From an uncultured bacterium (GTDB lineage Bacteria; Acidobacteriota; Thermoanaerobaculia; Multivoradales; JAHZIX01), in assembly GCA_965368975.1 (NCBI GenBank), contig CBDUPA010000006.1:192001-256000 (forward strand): a DNA stretch of 64,000 bases. Reading direction: 5' to 3'. How positions within the stretch are numbered: the stretch's first letter is position 1; each line of letters opens with the position of its first letter. Below, piece after piece: positions 9,420 through 19,863 of the stretch. The notes below the pieces were generated by a model, which did no database searches, was not told the origin of the DNA, and was given only the letters and a program-made list of their open reading frames with translations. The position numbers and the translations under genes are program-made.

Positions 9420-10115
9420 ATCATCGCCCGCGAGGTCGGCAGGCTGGTCGGCTGGCGCGAGAAATTCTGGTCGCGGCGCTACCAGCATGTCGTGGTCAGC
9501 ACCGAACCAGCAGCGCAGATCGCGCGTTTACGGTACGTTCTGTCGCACGGCGTCAAGGAAGACCTGGTGCACCGGTCTGAAGATTGGCCGGGTGTCCAGG
9601 GGGTACGGTGTTTACTGCACGGTGAAGCGTTGCGGGGATACTGGTTCGATCGCACTGAGGAGTACAAGGCGCGGCAGCGCGGCGAGTCGTATGAGCGCCT
9701 GACGTACGCGACACCGGAGGCACTGTACTTGGACCCGCTACCGTGCTGGCGTCACTTGAGCGTCGAGGCGCGAAGGTCGAGAGTGCGGGAGTTGCTGCAC
9801 GGCATTGAGGTGGAGCATCGGGAGCGTCGAGGTGTGGAGAGGAGGGGAGTGCTGGGGGTGAATGGGGTCAAGGCCCTGGATCCGCACGAGTCGCCCCGAA
9901 AACCCAAGAAGTCCCTGGCACCCTGGTTTCATGCGGCAAGTCGGAAGGCGCGGCGCGAACTCAAGAAAGCGTACGAGCTGTTCTATGCGGCCTACCGCGG
10001 TGCGGCAGATGCGATGCGAGACGGGAATCGAGGCGTAGAGTTCCCAGAAGGGAGTTTCCCGCCGGCTTTGCCGTTCGTCACGCCCGATCAACTGGCACGA
10101 CCGCAGCCGGCCTGA
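9420..10115 (+). pseudogene. 5'-truncated REP-associated tyrosine transposase-like (Y1/HUH) gene
   Basis: Frame reads IAREVGRLVGWREKFWSRRY...RLRYVLSHGVKEDLV...DWPGV...FPEGSFPP, typical of a RAYT-like C-terminal half. An in-frame TAG at 9396 lies upstream and no N-terminal HUH motif is present. Confidence 0.65.
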
Positions 10116-10334
10116 GCCGGCTGCAGGGAATACGCCTGAAGTTCACGGTGCGGAAACGAGCTCAAGCTGCTCGGCAGACGACGTGTGTCCAGGAACGCTC
10201 AGAAGAGACCTAGTCAGACTGGTGCAGTGAGGTTCGGAGACAGATTCGGCAATGGAATCCAGTGGGGACTGCTGAGACGTGGTTAGATCGAGCTGATTCG
10301 ACACTGAAGGTACCTGAAATCTTAGAAGAGGCTG

Positions 10335-10374
10335 GCACCCTTGATAGCACCCTTGATATCGCACCCTTGATATC
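10335..10374. repeat. Tandem repeat gcacccttgata(tc) x3
   Basis: Read directly from the sequence; lies just upstream of the likely CRTAC1 start. Confidence 0.8.
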
Positions 10375-10384
10375 TTCGGGGTTC

Positions 10385-12214
10385 ATGGGACGTGTGATTT
10401 GGCGACCGGTGCTCGGGTTCTTGCTGCTCGCAGTTGCGGGGAGCGTAGCGGGCTTGGACGGAACGGGCCCTGACGCAGCAGGCTCTGCCCGCCCGGGCTT
10501 TGCCGACCTCTCCATGTCCGCTGGGCTCGACTTTGTCCATTTCAACGGCATGAGCGGCGAGTTCTACTATCCGGAAGTGGTGGGGGGAGGCGGTGCGCTG
10601 TTCGACATGGACAACGACGGTGATCTGGATCTGTATCTGGTCCAGGGCACGATGCTCGGCCCGGGAAAGACGTTGGAGCAATCCCGCTTCCCGCCTCGGC
10701 ACGCTGTCTTGACGGATCGCTTGTATCGCAACGACCTGACCCTCGACGCTGAGGGGCGACGCCTTCTCCGCTTCACGGACGTTACGGCTGAGGCGGGGCT
10801 GGCCGCTACGCGTGAGTACGGGATGGGGGTGGCGAGCGGGGACTACGACGGTGACGGTGACGTTGATCTCTACGTCACGGGTTTGCGCGACAACCGCCTG
10901 CTACGCAATCGGGGCGACGGTCGTTTCGAGGATGTGACGGCAGCGGCGGGTGCGGTGGAGCGGCGGTGGACGGTGGCGGCGAGTTTTCTCGACTTCGACC
11001 GCGACGGGTATCTCGACCTGTTTCTGGCCAACTATCTGCACTTCGACTTCGCCAACCACAAGGTCTGCCTCGACGCAACGGGAACGCAGGACTACTGCGG
11101 TCCGCAGAACTATCCACCGCTGCCGGACCGGCTGCTGCGCAACCGTGGTGACGGCACTTTCGAGGACGTGACCGCACGCGTCGGCCTGGACGCGGCGTCT
11201 GGGGCGGCGCTGGGGGCGGTGGCCCGTGACTTCGACGACGATGGCTGGCTCGACCTGTACGTGGCCAATGACTTGATGCCGAACCAGTTGTGGATGAATC
11301 GCGGCAGGGGCGGCTCAGCGATGCGACAGTTCGAGGATGAGTCGCTGCTGGCCGGTGCGGCCGTCAACGGTGAGGGCAAGGCGGAGGCCAGTATGGGGAT
11401 CGCGGCGGCGGATGCCGATGGCGACGGCGACGAGGATCTGCTGCTGGCGCACCTCGACGGTGAGACCAACACCCTCTACCTCAACGATGGCACCGGCCTC
11501 TTCGACGACCGCTCGCAAGCCAGTGGCCTCGGCAATGCCAGCTGGAACTACACGGCCTTCGGCGCCGGCTTCTTCGACGTGGACAACGATGGCGACCTCG
11601 ACTTCTTTGCCGCCAATGGTGCCGTCAAGACCTTGCCCGAGCTGGTGCGCAGGGGTGATCCGTACCCGCTGCACCAGCGCAACCAACTGTTCGAGAATCA
11701 GGGCGGGGGTCGCTTCGTCGAGCTGGTCGACGCCGGTCTGGACACCTCGGAAGTCAGCCGCGCGGCAATCTTCGGGGACGTCGACAACGACGGCGATACC
11801 GACATCGTGGTGGTCAACAATGGGGGGCCGGTTCGCCTGCTCCAGAATCGGCTGGCACCTCTCGGGAACTGGCTGGGCTTGCGGCTCCTGACGCCGGCCA
11901 ACCCGCGCCCGGAGAGCCCATTGCGCGACGCCTTGGGCGCCAAGGTGACACTGGTGCGGCAGGGAGCGCCGGACATGGTGCGCCGTGTGGCGACCGATGG
12001 CTCGTATGCCGCCGCGTCCGATCCGCGCGTTCTCTTTGGGCTGAGGGGGAGCCCGGAAGCCGCCAAGGTGACTGCGGTGCGGGTGCGTTGGCCGAGCGGC
12101 CGTGAAGAAGTCTTCCCGGCGCCGCCATCTGGTGTCTACACAGCCCTGGTCGAAGGGCACGGGCAGCCGGCAGTGGCAGAAGTCGCGGCCACTGTGGAAG
12201 ACGACTCGCCGTGA
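10385..12214 (+). CDS. CRTAC1 family protein (FG-GAP/VCBS repeats plus ASPIC/UnbV domain)
   Basis: Repeated D.DNDGDLDL, YCGP..Y, ASMGI, C-terminal GNWLGLRL..ALGA..V..VRVRWPSG; signal-like N-terminus from ATG 10385. Confidence 0.88.
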   Translation: MGRVIWRPVLGFLLLAVAGSVAGLDGTGPDAAGSARPGFADLSMSAGLDFVHFNGMSGEFYYPEVVGGGGALFDMDNDGDLDLYLVQGTMLGPGKTLEQSRFPPRHAVLTDRLYRNDLTLDAEGRRLLRFTDVTAEAGLAATREYGMGVASGDYDGDGDVDLYVTGLRDNRLLRNRGDGRFEDVTAAAGAVERRWTVAASFLDFDRDGYLDLFLANYLHFDFANHKVCLDATGTQDYCGPQNYPPLPDRLLRNRGDGTFEDVTARVGLDAASGAALGAVARDFDDDGWLDLYVANDLMPNQLWMNRGRGGSAMRQFEDESLLAGAAVNGEGKAEASMGIAAADADGDGDEDLLLAHLDGETNTLYLNDGTGLFDDRSQASGLGNASWNYTAFGAGFFDVDNDGDLDFFAANGAVKTLPELVRRGDPYPLHQRNQLFENQGGGRFVELVDAGLDTSEVSRAAIFGDVDNDGDTDIVVVNNGGPVRLLQNRLAPLGNWLGLRLLTPANPRPESPLRDALGAKVTLVRQGAPDMVRRVATDGSYAAASDPRVLFGLRGSPEAAKVTAVRVRWPSGREEVFPAPPSGVYTALVEGHGQPAVAEVAATVEDDSP

Positions 12215-14064
12215 GCCGGTATCTCGATGTGCGGTGTCTCGATGTGCGGTGGTTGGGTGGACGGTGGCGGTGCCTCGTGTCGGGACTGGTGCACGGCCTG
12301 TTCCTTGTGCTGCTGCTCGGCGCGGATGTCGACGAGAGACTGCCGGAACCCGAGCTCGACGGCATGGAGCGAGCCGTGCAGGCACAGCTGCGGGCGGTGC
12401 GGGATCGTGCGCTGGCGCGTCTCGATGACGGTGCCGACCTTCCGGAGGTCGCCGAGGCTCTGGGGGCGCTAGGACGTCTGTACCAGTTCTACGGCCTCGA
12501 CAGCAGCGCCGAGGCCGCGCTGCAGATGGCGGCCGCGCGGGCCCCGGACGTCGCCGACTGGGCGTATCACCTGGGCGTGCTCTACCAGCGGCAACGACGC
12601 CTGGACGAGGCCGCCACCAGCTTCGATCATGTCCTCGCCATGCAGCCGGACGACCTGCCGGCCGCGCTACGACGGGCCGAGGTCGCGCGCCTGGCGGGAG
12701 ACGATGCGCTGGCGACGCGGGGATTCGAGGCGGTGCTGGCTCGGGATCCCGATCCCGCCATCGGCGCGGCCGCGCACCTCGGCCTGGGGCGGTTAGCCGT
12801 GGGCACATCTGTGCTGGCCGCCAGGCAGCATTTCGAGCGAGCCGTGGCGCTGCAGCCCCGGGCGACGGCGGTCTTGCACGAGCTAGGCCTGGCTTGGCGC
12901 ACGCTGGGCGATCGCGACAAGGCGCGCCAGCTATTGCAGGCCGCTCGCGACGGAGGCAACCGTCCTCTAGCCTTCCCGGACCCACGTCTCGACGCACTCG
13001 AGACCCTGGCCACGGGGACCGCGCAGCACGTCTTGCAGGCCAATCAGGCGCTGCGTGCGGGCGACGTGGATGCCGCGGTAGATGCCTTCCGGCGGGCCCT
13101 CGACCTCGATCCACTGCACCTGCCGGCACGCCAGGGGCTCGCTGCCGCCTTGAGTCGGCGGGGCGATCTGGACGCCGCCGAGGCCGAGTACCGGCATGTG
13201 CTGGCGCAGGTACCTGATGCGGCCGGGGTCTGGTATGCGCTGGGCTCCATACTCAGCGAACAGGAACAGCTACCCGAGGCGATCGAGGCGCTGGAGCGGG
13301 CGCTCGAGCTGTTGCCCGAACACCGGGACGCGCACTTCAATCTCGGCCTGCTCCAGCTGCGTGCGGGCGATGCAGCGGGCGCACGGTCCAGCTTCGAGCG
13401 TGCGATCGAATTGGATCCGCAAGACGCCGAAGCTCGGCGACAGCTGGCGGCCGTACTGCAACAACTCGACCGGTCGGCGGAAGCAGCGGCCGAGCTGGAG
13501 TGGCTGGTGGCAGCGGATCCGGGCGATGCCGAAAGTCGCGAGGCACTGGCGGCCCTGTACTTGACGCGCGGCGGAGAGCTGGGCCGCGGTGGTCGGTTCT
13601 CGGCGTCATCGGCTGCTCTTGCCCGCGCCGTCGAGCTACAGCCGACCTCGATTCCGGCGCACTTCGGGCGCTTCACGGCCCTACTGCTGGCAGAGGACTA
13701 TGGCGACGCGCTGGCGGCGGTGGAGCACAGCCGCGCGGTCTTGGGTCAGCAAGGACTCGAGACCCTGCCCTTCGACCACGGCTTGGCGCGCTTGCTGGCG
13801 ACCTGCCCGGATCCCGCCCAGCGTGACGGCGAGCGAGCTCTAGAACTGGCGTTCGCCGTCTTCGAGGCGCATCCCAGCACCGAGCACGGCGAAACCGTAG
13901 CCATGGCGCTGGCCGAACTGGGCCGCTTCGACGAAGCCATCGGCTGGCAGCTGCGCGTCCTGGAGCAGCTAGAGCGTCTGGGGCGCGGTGCGCAGGCCGG
14001 GCCGGCGCAGCAGCGGCTTGCCAGCTACCGTGCCGGCCAGCCGGTACGCGCGCCCTGGAAGTAG
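12211..14064 (+). CDS. Tetratricopeptide repeat protein
   Basis: Multiple TPR units (AWYALG, AHFNLG, FERAIELDP); C-terminal LARLLATCPD...RDGERALELA; overlaps the CRTAC1 stop. Confidence 0.85.
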   Translation: MSRYLDVRCLDVRWLGGRWRCLVSGLVHGLFLVLLLGADVDERLPEPELDGMERAVQAQLRAVRDRALARLDDGADLPEVAEALGALGRLYQFYGLDSSAEAALQMAAARAPDVADWAYHLGVLYQRQRRLDEAATSFDHVLAMQPDDLPAALRRAEVARLAGDDALATRGFEAVLARDPDPAIGAAAHLGLGRLAVGTSVLAARQHFERAVALQPRATAVLHELGLAWRTLGDRDKARQLLQAARDGGNRPLAFPDPRLDALETLATGTAQHVLQANQALRAGDVDAAVDAFRRALDLDPLHLPARQGLAAALSRRGDLDAAEAEYRHVLAQVPDAAGVWYALGSILSEQEQLPEAIEALERALELLPEHRDAHFNLGLLQLRAGDAAGARSSFERAIELDPQDAEARRQLAAVLQQLDRSAEAAAELEWLVAADPGDAESREALAALYLTRGGELGRGGRFSASSAALARAVELQPTSIPAHFGRFTALLLAEDYGDALAAVEHSRAVLGQQGLETLPFDHGLARLLATCPDPAQRDGERALELAFAVFEAHPSTEHGETVAMALAELGRFDEAIGWQLRVLEQLERLGRGAQAGPAQQRLASYRAGQPVRAPWK

Positions 14065-14093
14065 CCACGTCCGGAAGAGGATTCGCCTCGAAG

Positions 14094-15116
14094 CTAGTGC
14101 GCGACGTGGCCCGCGTAATTCTGTTCACCGGCTTCGATCCGCACCGGCAGCTTGTTCTGGCGCGGTGGCAACGGGCAGGTGGCGTGGGGCGTGAAGGCGC
14201 ACGGCGGGTTGTAGGCGCGGTTGAAGTCGAGAATCACCTTGCCGTTCTCGTCCGGTGGATCGGCGTACAGGAAGCGGCCGCCGCCGTAGCTCTCGCGGCC
14301 GTTGGTCTTGTCTCCGAAGATGACGAACAACGGTTGACCCGCCTCGGCCACCGGATCCAGCAGGTAGGAGACGCCATCGATCTGGAACACCAGGGCTCCG
14401 GGGCAAGTCTCCTCGTAGGCGGTGCCCAGCACATTCGGCACGGTGATCTTCTTCGGCGGGTTGTACGGACGGTAGTTGGCCTCAATGCGCCAGGCCATGT
14501 CGGTGGGGAAGTGGTCCAGGCCCTGGAAGTCCGTCAACGCTTCCGCGGCGGTGTCCTTGAGGCGCAGGAAGCGCGCGTCGCCGCGCTGGATCAGGTAGAA
14601 GCTGAGATCGTCGCCCAGCTCGACCACCGTCTCGTTGCCGTCGGCGTCCGAGCGTAGCGTCAGCGTGGTCACCGGATCGTCGTTGTAGCGCAGACCGGCA
14701 TCCGGCTCCGCCTTCAGCACGACCTGGTCGGCGCTCACCTGCAGCACACCGGCACGGGCCGGTGCCTTGTCCGGGAACACCAATTCGTTGGTCTCGGCCG
14801 AGCCGAAGCGCAGACGCCCGCCGTTGACGCTCGCGTCGAGCGGGAACAGGCCGACCAGCGCCAGCCAGCCATTCTCGCTGCGCAGCCGCTGTTCGCGTTG
14901 CTCACGCCAGTCCGTCAGTTCGGCTAGATAAGCCTCGTCGAGGGTACCGTCATCAACGGTGTTTTCCTCAGCCGTGCTCGCGTCCGCGCCAGCACTCTGG
15001 GCTGACGCGGGGACCGCCACGCTCGCCAGCAGGGTTGCTGCTGCGAGCACGGCAGCTGCAAGGATGGCCCAGCTTCGGCCGAGAGCTTCAATGCGGAGAT
15101 CATCTGTGTTGCGCAT
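14094..15116 (-). CDS. DUF1684 domain-containing protein
   Basis: GWLALVGL, FGDKTNGRESYGGGRFL, LDFNRAYNPPCAFTPHATCPLPP..N.L...IEAGE. Confidence 0.88.
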   Translation of the reverse strand: MRNTDDLRIEALGRSWAILAAAVLAAATLLASVAVPASAQSAGADASTAEENTVDDGTLDEAYLAELTDWREQREQRLRSENGWLALVGLFPLDASVNGGRLRFGSAETNELVFPDKAPARAGVLQVSADQVVLKAEPDAGLRYNDDPVTTLTLRSDADGNETVVELGDDLSFYLIQRGDARFLRLKDTAAEALTDFQGLDHFPTDMAWRIEANYRPYNPPKKITVPNVLGTAYEETCPGALVFQIDGVSYLLDPVAEAGQPLFVIFGDKTNGRESYGGGRFLYADPPDENGKVILDFNRAYNPPCAFTPHATCPLPPRQNKLPVRIEAGEQNYAGHVAH

Positions 15117-15202
15117 GGCGACAAAGTAGCATTGCACCAGCCCCGCCGGCAACAGGATTTCTTGCACACCCAGATCCCACGAGCCTGTACGCGGGTGCAC
15201 GA

Positions 15203-16678
15203 ATGGCAGAGAATGCAGCCATGCTTCCCCGCCGCTGGCTCGAACAGCTCCAGGGTTCCGGCTTCCTCGCCTCGGTTAGCCGCGGTGCCGGCGTCGCCTT
15301 CTTTCTGCAACTGGCGGGTGCGGGCTCCGCGTACCTGCTGCAGGTCTTCCTGGCACGCTGGATGGGGACCCATGAGTACGGCGGCTACTCGTATGTCATC
15401 GCCTGGGTGACCACCCTGGCGATTCTCTCCAGCCTGGGCTTTCCCATCGCCTCGCTGCGCTTCGTGTCGCAGTATCGCGATCAGCAGGACTGGCCGCGAT
15501 TGCGCGGCGCGGTCATTGCGTTCCTGGGTTTGACCTTGTTCAACGGCACCGTGCTGGCCCTCGCCGGGCTCGGCGTCCTGCACCTGACGGCTGGGAGTGA
15601 CTGGCCTTTGTGGCCGGTATTCGTCGTTGGTCTGTGGCTGATGCCCTTGCATGGGCTGCTCCACGTGCAGAGCGAGATGGCGCGCGCGCTCGACCGGGTC
15701 GCCCTGGCGCAGGGGCCCTCCAAGGCTGGCCGGCCGCTAGCCATGCTGCTGGCGGCGGCGCTGGTGGTGTGGGTCGTGGGCCGCCTCGACGCGACCCTGG
15801 CGGTGTGGGCGGCCCTGGCGTCGCTGGCAGTGGTTGTCCTGCTGCAAACCGGTTCCCTGCTGCGTGCCCTGCCGCGCGCGATCTGGCGGGTGCGCGCCCA
15901 CTTCGAGCTGCGTCCCTGGATGCGCGTGGCCCTACCGGCGATGCTGGCGTCGAGCTTCGTGCTGCTGCTCAACCAGATGGACGTGCTGATGGTCGGCTGG
16001 TTCCTGCCGCAAGAGCAGGTTGGTATCTACCATGCCGCCAGCCGGACGGCGATGGTGATCAGCTTCCTGGGCTATGCCATCGACGTCGTCCTGGCGCAGC
16101 GCTTCGCCGTCTACCACACCCGCGGTGACCGCGACGGCCTGCAGCGTCTGGTCGCCGCCATGGCCCACCTGAGCTTCTGGCCCACCTTGTTGATGACCGC
16201 CGGCATGGTCGTGCTCGCGCCCTTCCTGCTGTCAATCTTCGGTGCTGAATTCGTCGTCGGCAAGAACGTGCTGATCCTGCTCTCCGCCTGCCACCTGTTC
16301 AACGCCGCCATCGGCCCCGTCGGCTACCTGCTGACGATGACCGGGCACCAGGACGACGACGCCCTGGGTCTGGGCATGGCCGCGGCGCTCAACTTCCTGT
16401 TCAACGCGCTGCTCATCCCGCGGTTCGGCATCTTCGGCGCCGCGCTCGCCACCACCCTGGCGTGGGTGATCCGTGGGCTCTTCCAGTGGCGCGCGGCGCG
16501 CAAGCGGGTCGGGGTGCGCGCGTCGATCATCTCGGCTTTGCTGATCTACGGCTGGCGCTGGCCGCTGCGTCCCCCGTCGGCGGAGCCGACACCAGAGACA
16601 CTTGCGGCGGAGCCGGCACCAGAGACGCCGTCGGCGGAGCCGGCACCAGATACACCGTCAGCGGAGTCCGAAAGCTGA
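15203..16678 (+). CDS. Polysaccharide flippase (Wzx-like, MATE/MOP superfamily)
   Basis: About 12 TM segments; LARWMG..EYG.Y, D.LMVG, VGIYHAA.R, LLIPRFGIFGAALAT. Confidence 0.85.
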   Translation: MAENAAMLPRRWLEQLQGSGFLASVSRGAGVAFFLQLAGAGSAYLLQVFLARWMGTHEYGGYSYVIAWVTTLAILSSLGFPIASLRFVSQYRDQQDWPRLRGAVIAFLGLTLFNGTVLALAGLGVLHLTAGSDWPLWPVFVVGLWLMPLHGLLHVQSEMARALDRVALAQGPSKAGRPLAMLLAAALVVWVVGRLDATLAVWAALASLAVVVLLQTGSLLRALPRAIWRVRAHFELRPWMRVALPAMLASSFVLLLNQMDVLMVGWFLPQEQVGIYHAASRTAMVISFLGYAIDVVLAQRFAVYHTRGDRDGLQRLVAAMAHLSFWPTLLMTAGMVVLAPFLLSIFGAEFVVGKNVLILLSACHLFNAAIGPVGYLLTMTGHQDDDALGLGMAAALNFLFNALLIPRFGIFGAALATTLAWVIRGLFQWRAARKRVGVRASIISALLIYGWRWPLRPPSAEPTPETLAAEPAPETPSAEPAPDTPSAESES

Positions 16679-18597
16679 TGTGCGGCATCGCTGGCATCGC
16701 AGGTCCCGCGGGTGTCGACGTGAGTCGACACCTGCCGGCCATGCGCGACGCCCTGGTGCACCGCGGGCCGGATGGTGAGGGTCTCGAGAGCTGGCCCGAA
16801 GATGGCGTGGCGCTCGGCCATCGACGCCTGTCGATCCTCGACCTCAGCGATGCCGGGGCACAGCCGATGTGCAACGAAGACGGCAGCGTCTGGGTGGTGT
16901 TCAACGGCGAGGTCTACAACTCGCCCGAGTTGCGCCGTGAGCTGCAGGAGCGCGGTCATCGCTTCGCCTCCCGCACGGACACCGAGGTGCTGGTGCACGG
17001 CTACGAGGAGTGGGCCTGTACGGGATCCGAGGCTGCCGGCGACCCGGGGATCGAGCGTTTCCTGAGTCGACTGACCGGCATGTTCGCCTTTGCGCTCTGG
17101 GATCGTCGCCGTCGCTGCCTGCTGCTGGTGCGCGACCGACTGGGCATCAAGCCGCTCTACTATGTCGTCCTGCCTGAATCGGGCCAGCAAGGCGAGCGAC
17201 TGCTCTTCGCCTCTGAGCTGAAGGCGCTGCTGGCGCATCCCGACGTGCCCCGCACCCTCGACCAGCGTGCCGTGCTCGACTACCTGGCCTATGGCTACGT
17301 GCCCGGTGACGGCTGCATCCTGTCCGGTCCGCGCAAGCTGCCGGCCGCGCACTACCTGCTATGGAACGCCGGAGATGTCGAGGTGCGGCGGTACTGGTCT
17401 TTGGCGGAGCCTGACTTCCCCGAGCCTGGCGCCGAAGAACTACGGGCGCTTCTGACGACCGCGGCGCGCGACCACCTGCTCAGCGACGTACCCCTCGGTT
17501 GCTTCCTCTCCGGGGGCGTCGACTCGACCTTGATCACTGCCCTGACCTCCGATGTGGCACCGCCGGACCTGCGCCTGCGCACGGTCAGCGTCGGTTTCGA
17601 CGCGGGCAGCAGCGAGCTACCGCAAGCCCGCCGGACCGCTGAGCGTCACGGCACCGAGCACCACGAGGAGCACGTCTCGGTCGACATGGCCGAAGACCTC
17701 TTCCCGCAGCTGGCCCGCACCTGGGACGAACCCCTGGCCGACGTCTCCACCCTGCCCACCCTGCGCCTGTGCCAAGCCGCCCGCCGCCACGTCAAAGTCG
17801 CGCTCTCCGGCGACGGTGGCGACGAGCTGTTCGCCGGCTACGGCTGGTACCGAGCGTCGCTGCGCACAGAGGCACGCTCGAACGGTGGCCTGGGTCGCGT
17901 TGCGACTCGCCTGCAGCCGCTGGTCGACCCACTGCGCGGCGTCCCCTACCTCGCCCGCCTCGGTGCCGTCCATCGTCACCTGGAACTGGATCCACTCCTT
18001 CGGCACCACTACCTGCGCGGTCTCTTCGACCCTTGGGAGCTGCAGCGCCTGGCCGGTTCCGAGCTGCGTGGAGAACTCGCGCACCACGACCCGCTATGGT
18101 TGTGGAAGCGCTGGTTCCGCCCCGAGCTGCCGCTGCTCACCGCGCTGCAGGTCCTCGACATCCACACCTACCTGGTCGACGACATCCTGGTGAAAGTCGA
18201 CCGCGCGTCCATGGCACATTCCCTGGAAGTCCGGCCACCGCTGCTCGATCACCGCGTGGCCGAGCTGGCCTTGCGCATTCCCGCCGGCCAGCAGCTGCAG
18301 CACGGTCAGGGCAAAGCCTTCCTGCGCCAGGCCGCCGGCGACCTGCTGCCGCGCGACGTCTTCGAGCGACCCAAGCGCGGCTTCAGTCCACCAGTCCGTC
18401 ACTGGTTCCGCAGTGGCTCTTCCGGAGTGGGCCTCTGGCACAAGACCCGTGACACCCTGCTGCACGGTCGCCTGGTCGGTGACGGCCTGCTCGATGCCGT
18501 TGCCGTCGAGCGCATGGTGCGCTACGGCACCGAACGCCGCTGGAGCAAGGTGTGGGCCCTCTTGACCCTGGAGCACTGGACCCGTGCCTGGCTCTGA
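16678..18597 (+). CDS. asnB: Asparagine synthase (glutamine-hydrolysing)-like amidotransferase, polysaccharide-associated
   Basis: MCGIAG Ntn start, HRGPDG, LGHRRLSILDL, FNGEVYN, LSGGVDS, SGDGGDELFAGY, DRASMAHSLEVR; TGATG overlap with the flippase stop. Confidence 0.92.
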   Translation: MCGIAGIAGPAGVDVSRHLPAMRDALVHRGPDGEGLESWPEDGVALGHRRLSILDLSDAGAQPMCNEDGSVWVVFNGEVYNSPELRRELQERGHRFASRTDTEVLVHGYEEWACTGSEAAGDPGIERFLSRLTGMFAFALWDRRRRCLLLVRDRLGIKPLYYVVLPESGQQGERLLFASELKALLAHPDVPRTLDQRAVLDYLAYGYVPGDGCILSGPRKLPAAHYLLWNAGDVEVRRYWSLAEPDFPEPGAEELRALLTTAARDHLLSDVPLGCFLSGGVDSTLITALTSDVAPPDLRLRTVSVGFDAGSSELPQARRTAERHGTEHHEEHVSVDMAEDLFPQLARTWDEPLADVSTLPTLRLCQAARRHVKVALSGDGGDELFAGYGWYRASLRTEARSNGGLGRVATRLQPLVDPLRGVPYLARLGAVHRHLELDPLLRHHYLRGLFDPWELQRLAGSELRGELAHHDPLWLWKRWFRPELPLLTALQVLDIHTYLVDDILVKVDRASMAHSLEVRPPLLDHRVAELALRIPAGQQLQHGQGKAFLRQAAGDLLPRDVFERPKRGFSPPVRHWFRSGSSGVGLWHKTRDTLLHGRLVGDGLLDAVAVERMVRYGTERRWSKVWALLTLEHWTRAWL

Positions 18598-19861
18598 ATA
18601 CGCTGGCTCTGACGTCGACCGCCCCTCCGGGCCGCGGATCCTGATGGTGCACAGCTCCAACCTGCGCGTGCCGGCGGCCAACACCGTGCAGGTCACGCGC
18701 ATGGGTGAAGCCTTCGTCCAGGCTGGTGCACAGGTCCGCCTGCTCTATCCAGCGTACGCGCAGGAAGGTGCGTTGGCCCCTGCCGAACTGGGAACTTATT
18801 ACGGCGTGCAAGAAGTCCTCGACGCCGGGGCCTTGCGCCTCGAACCCCTGCGCAGCCTCTTCACACAAGGCATGTTCCAACCGTCCTTCCCGTCGCGCCT
18901 GCTGCCCCTCTCCAAGGCCTTCGCCTTCCTCGTCGAGCTGCTGCGCCTGCGACTCTTCGCCACCTCGGACCTCCCCGACCTCATCTACACCCGCTGCTAC
19001 GCCGCCGCCTTCTTCCTACCCCGCCTGCGCTGCTTGCTCGGCCTGTCTCAGGCCGGGAAGCGCCCGCCGGTTGTTCTGGAAGTCCACGAGTTGCCTACAG
19101 ACCGCCAGCGCCTGCGGGCCATTCAGGGTGTCGATGCGCTGGTCGTGATCAGCCAAGCCCTGGCAGATGATCTCCGCCAGCGTCTCGACCCCCTCCCTCC
19201 GGTTCTCGTTGCTCCCGACGGAGTGCCGAGCAGCTGGCTCGAAGAGATTCCGCGAGACACGGCCCGCCAACAGATCGCCGAGACGCTGCAGCAGCAAAGC
19301 GTGCGCCTAGATTCTCGCCTGCCCCTGGCCGTGATCACCGGCAGCCTCCCCGCCGGTGCCGTCGACGTGCTTTTCCGCACCGCACGGGCACTGCGCGGCA
19401 AGGCCGAGATCCTCGCCGTCGGTGCGCCGCGTCGAGGTAGCGTCGAAGATCTGCGGGTCGCGGCACAGCGGGACGGTCTGTCGAATCTGCATTTCCTTGG
19501 CCCCGTGCCGCCGTCACAGGTGCGGACGAACCAGGCCGCCGCGGATGTGTTGTTGGCGGCCTACACCGGCGAACTCAGCTGGGCCGCTCATACGTCACCG
19601 CTCAAGCTCTTCGAATACATGGCCGCTGGACGGCCGATGGTGGTGTCGGATCTGCCGGTGCTGCGCGAGGTGCTGGAGCCGGATGGGAATGCGGTGTTGG
19701 TGCCGCTGGGGGAGGAGGGGGGATTGGCGGCTGGTGTCGAGAGGGTGTTGGGGGAGCGGGGATTGGGAGAGCGGGTGGCGTCGCGGGCGTTGAGGGATGT
19801 CGAGGAGTGGACTTGGGAGCGGCGGGCGGAGCGGGTGTTGGGGTTTGTTGATGGCGTTTAG
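18584..19861 (+). CDS. Glycosyltransferase family 4
   Basis: ANTVQV..M..AF, SPLKLFEYMAAGRPMVVSDLP..REVL, TWERRA. Confidence 0.88.
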   Translation: MPGSEYAGSDVDRPSGPRILMVHSSNLRVPAANTVQVTRMGEAFVQAGAQVRLLYPAYAQEGALAPAELGTYYGVQEVLDAGALRLEPLRSLFTQGMFQPSFPSRLLPLSKAFAFLVELLRLRLFATSDLPDLIYTRCYAAAFFLPRLRCLLGLSQAGKRPPVVLEVHELPTDRQRLRAIQGVDALVVISQALADDLRQRLDPLPPVLVAPDGVPSSWLEEIPRDTARQQIAETLQQQSVRLDSRLPLAVITGSLPAGAVDVLFRTARALRGKAEILAVGAPRRGSVEDLRVAAQRDGLSNLHFLGPVPPSQVRTNQAAADVLLAAYTGELSWAAHTSPLKLFEYMAAGRPMVVSDLPVLREVLEPDGNAVLVPLGEEGGLAAGVERVLGERGLGERVASRALRDVEEWTWERRAERVLGFVDGV

Positions 19862-19863
19862 AC

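Noticed and set aside
16678-18597. Lasso-peptide cyclase or RiPP enzyme for the Cys-rich protein
   Set aside because: It has an intact Ntn glutaminase Cys and sits between a flippase and a GT4, typical of polysaccharide amidotransferases; no lasso B protein or precursor was seen.
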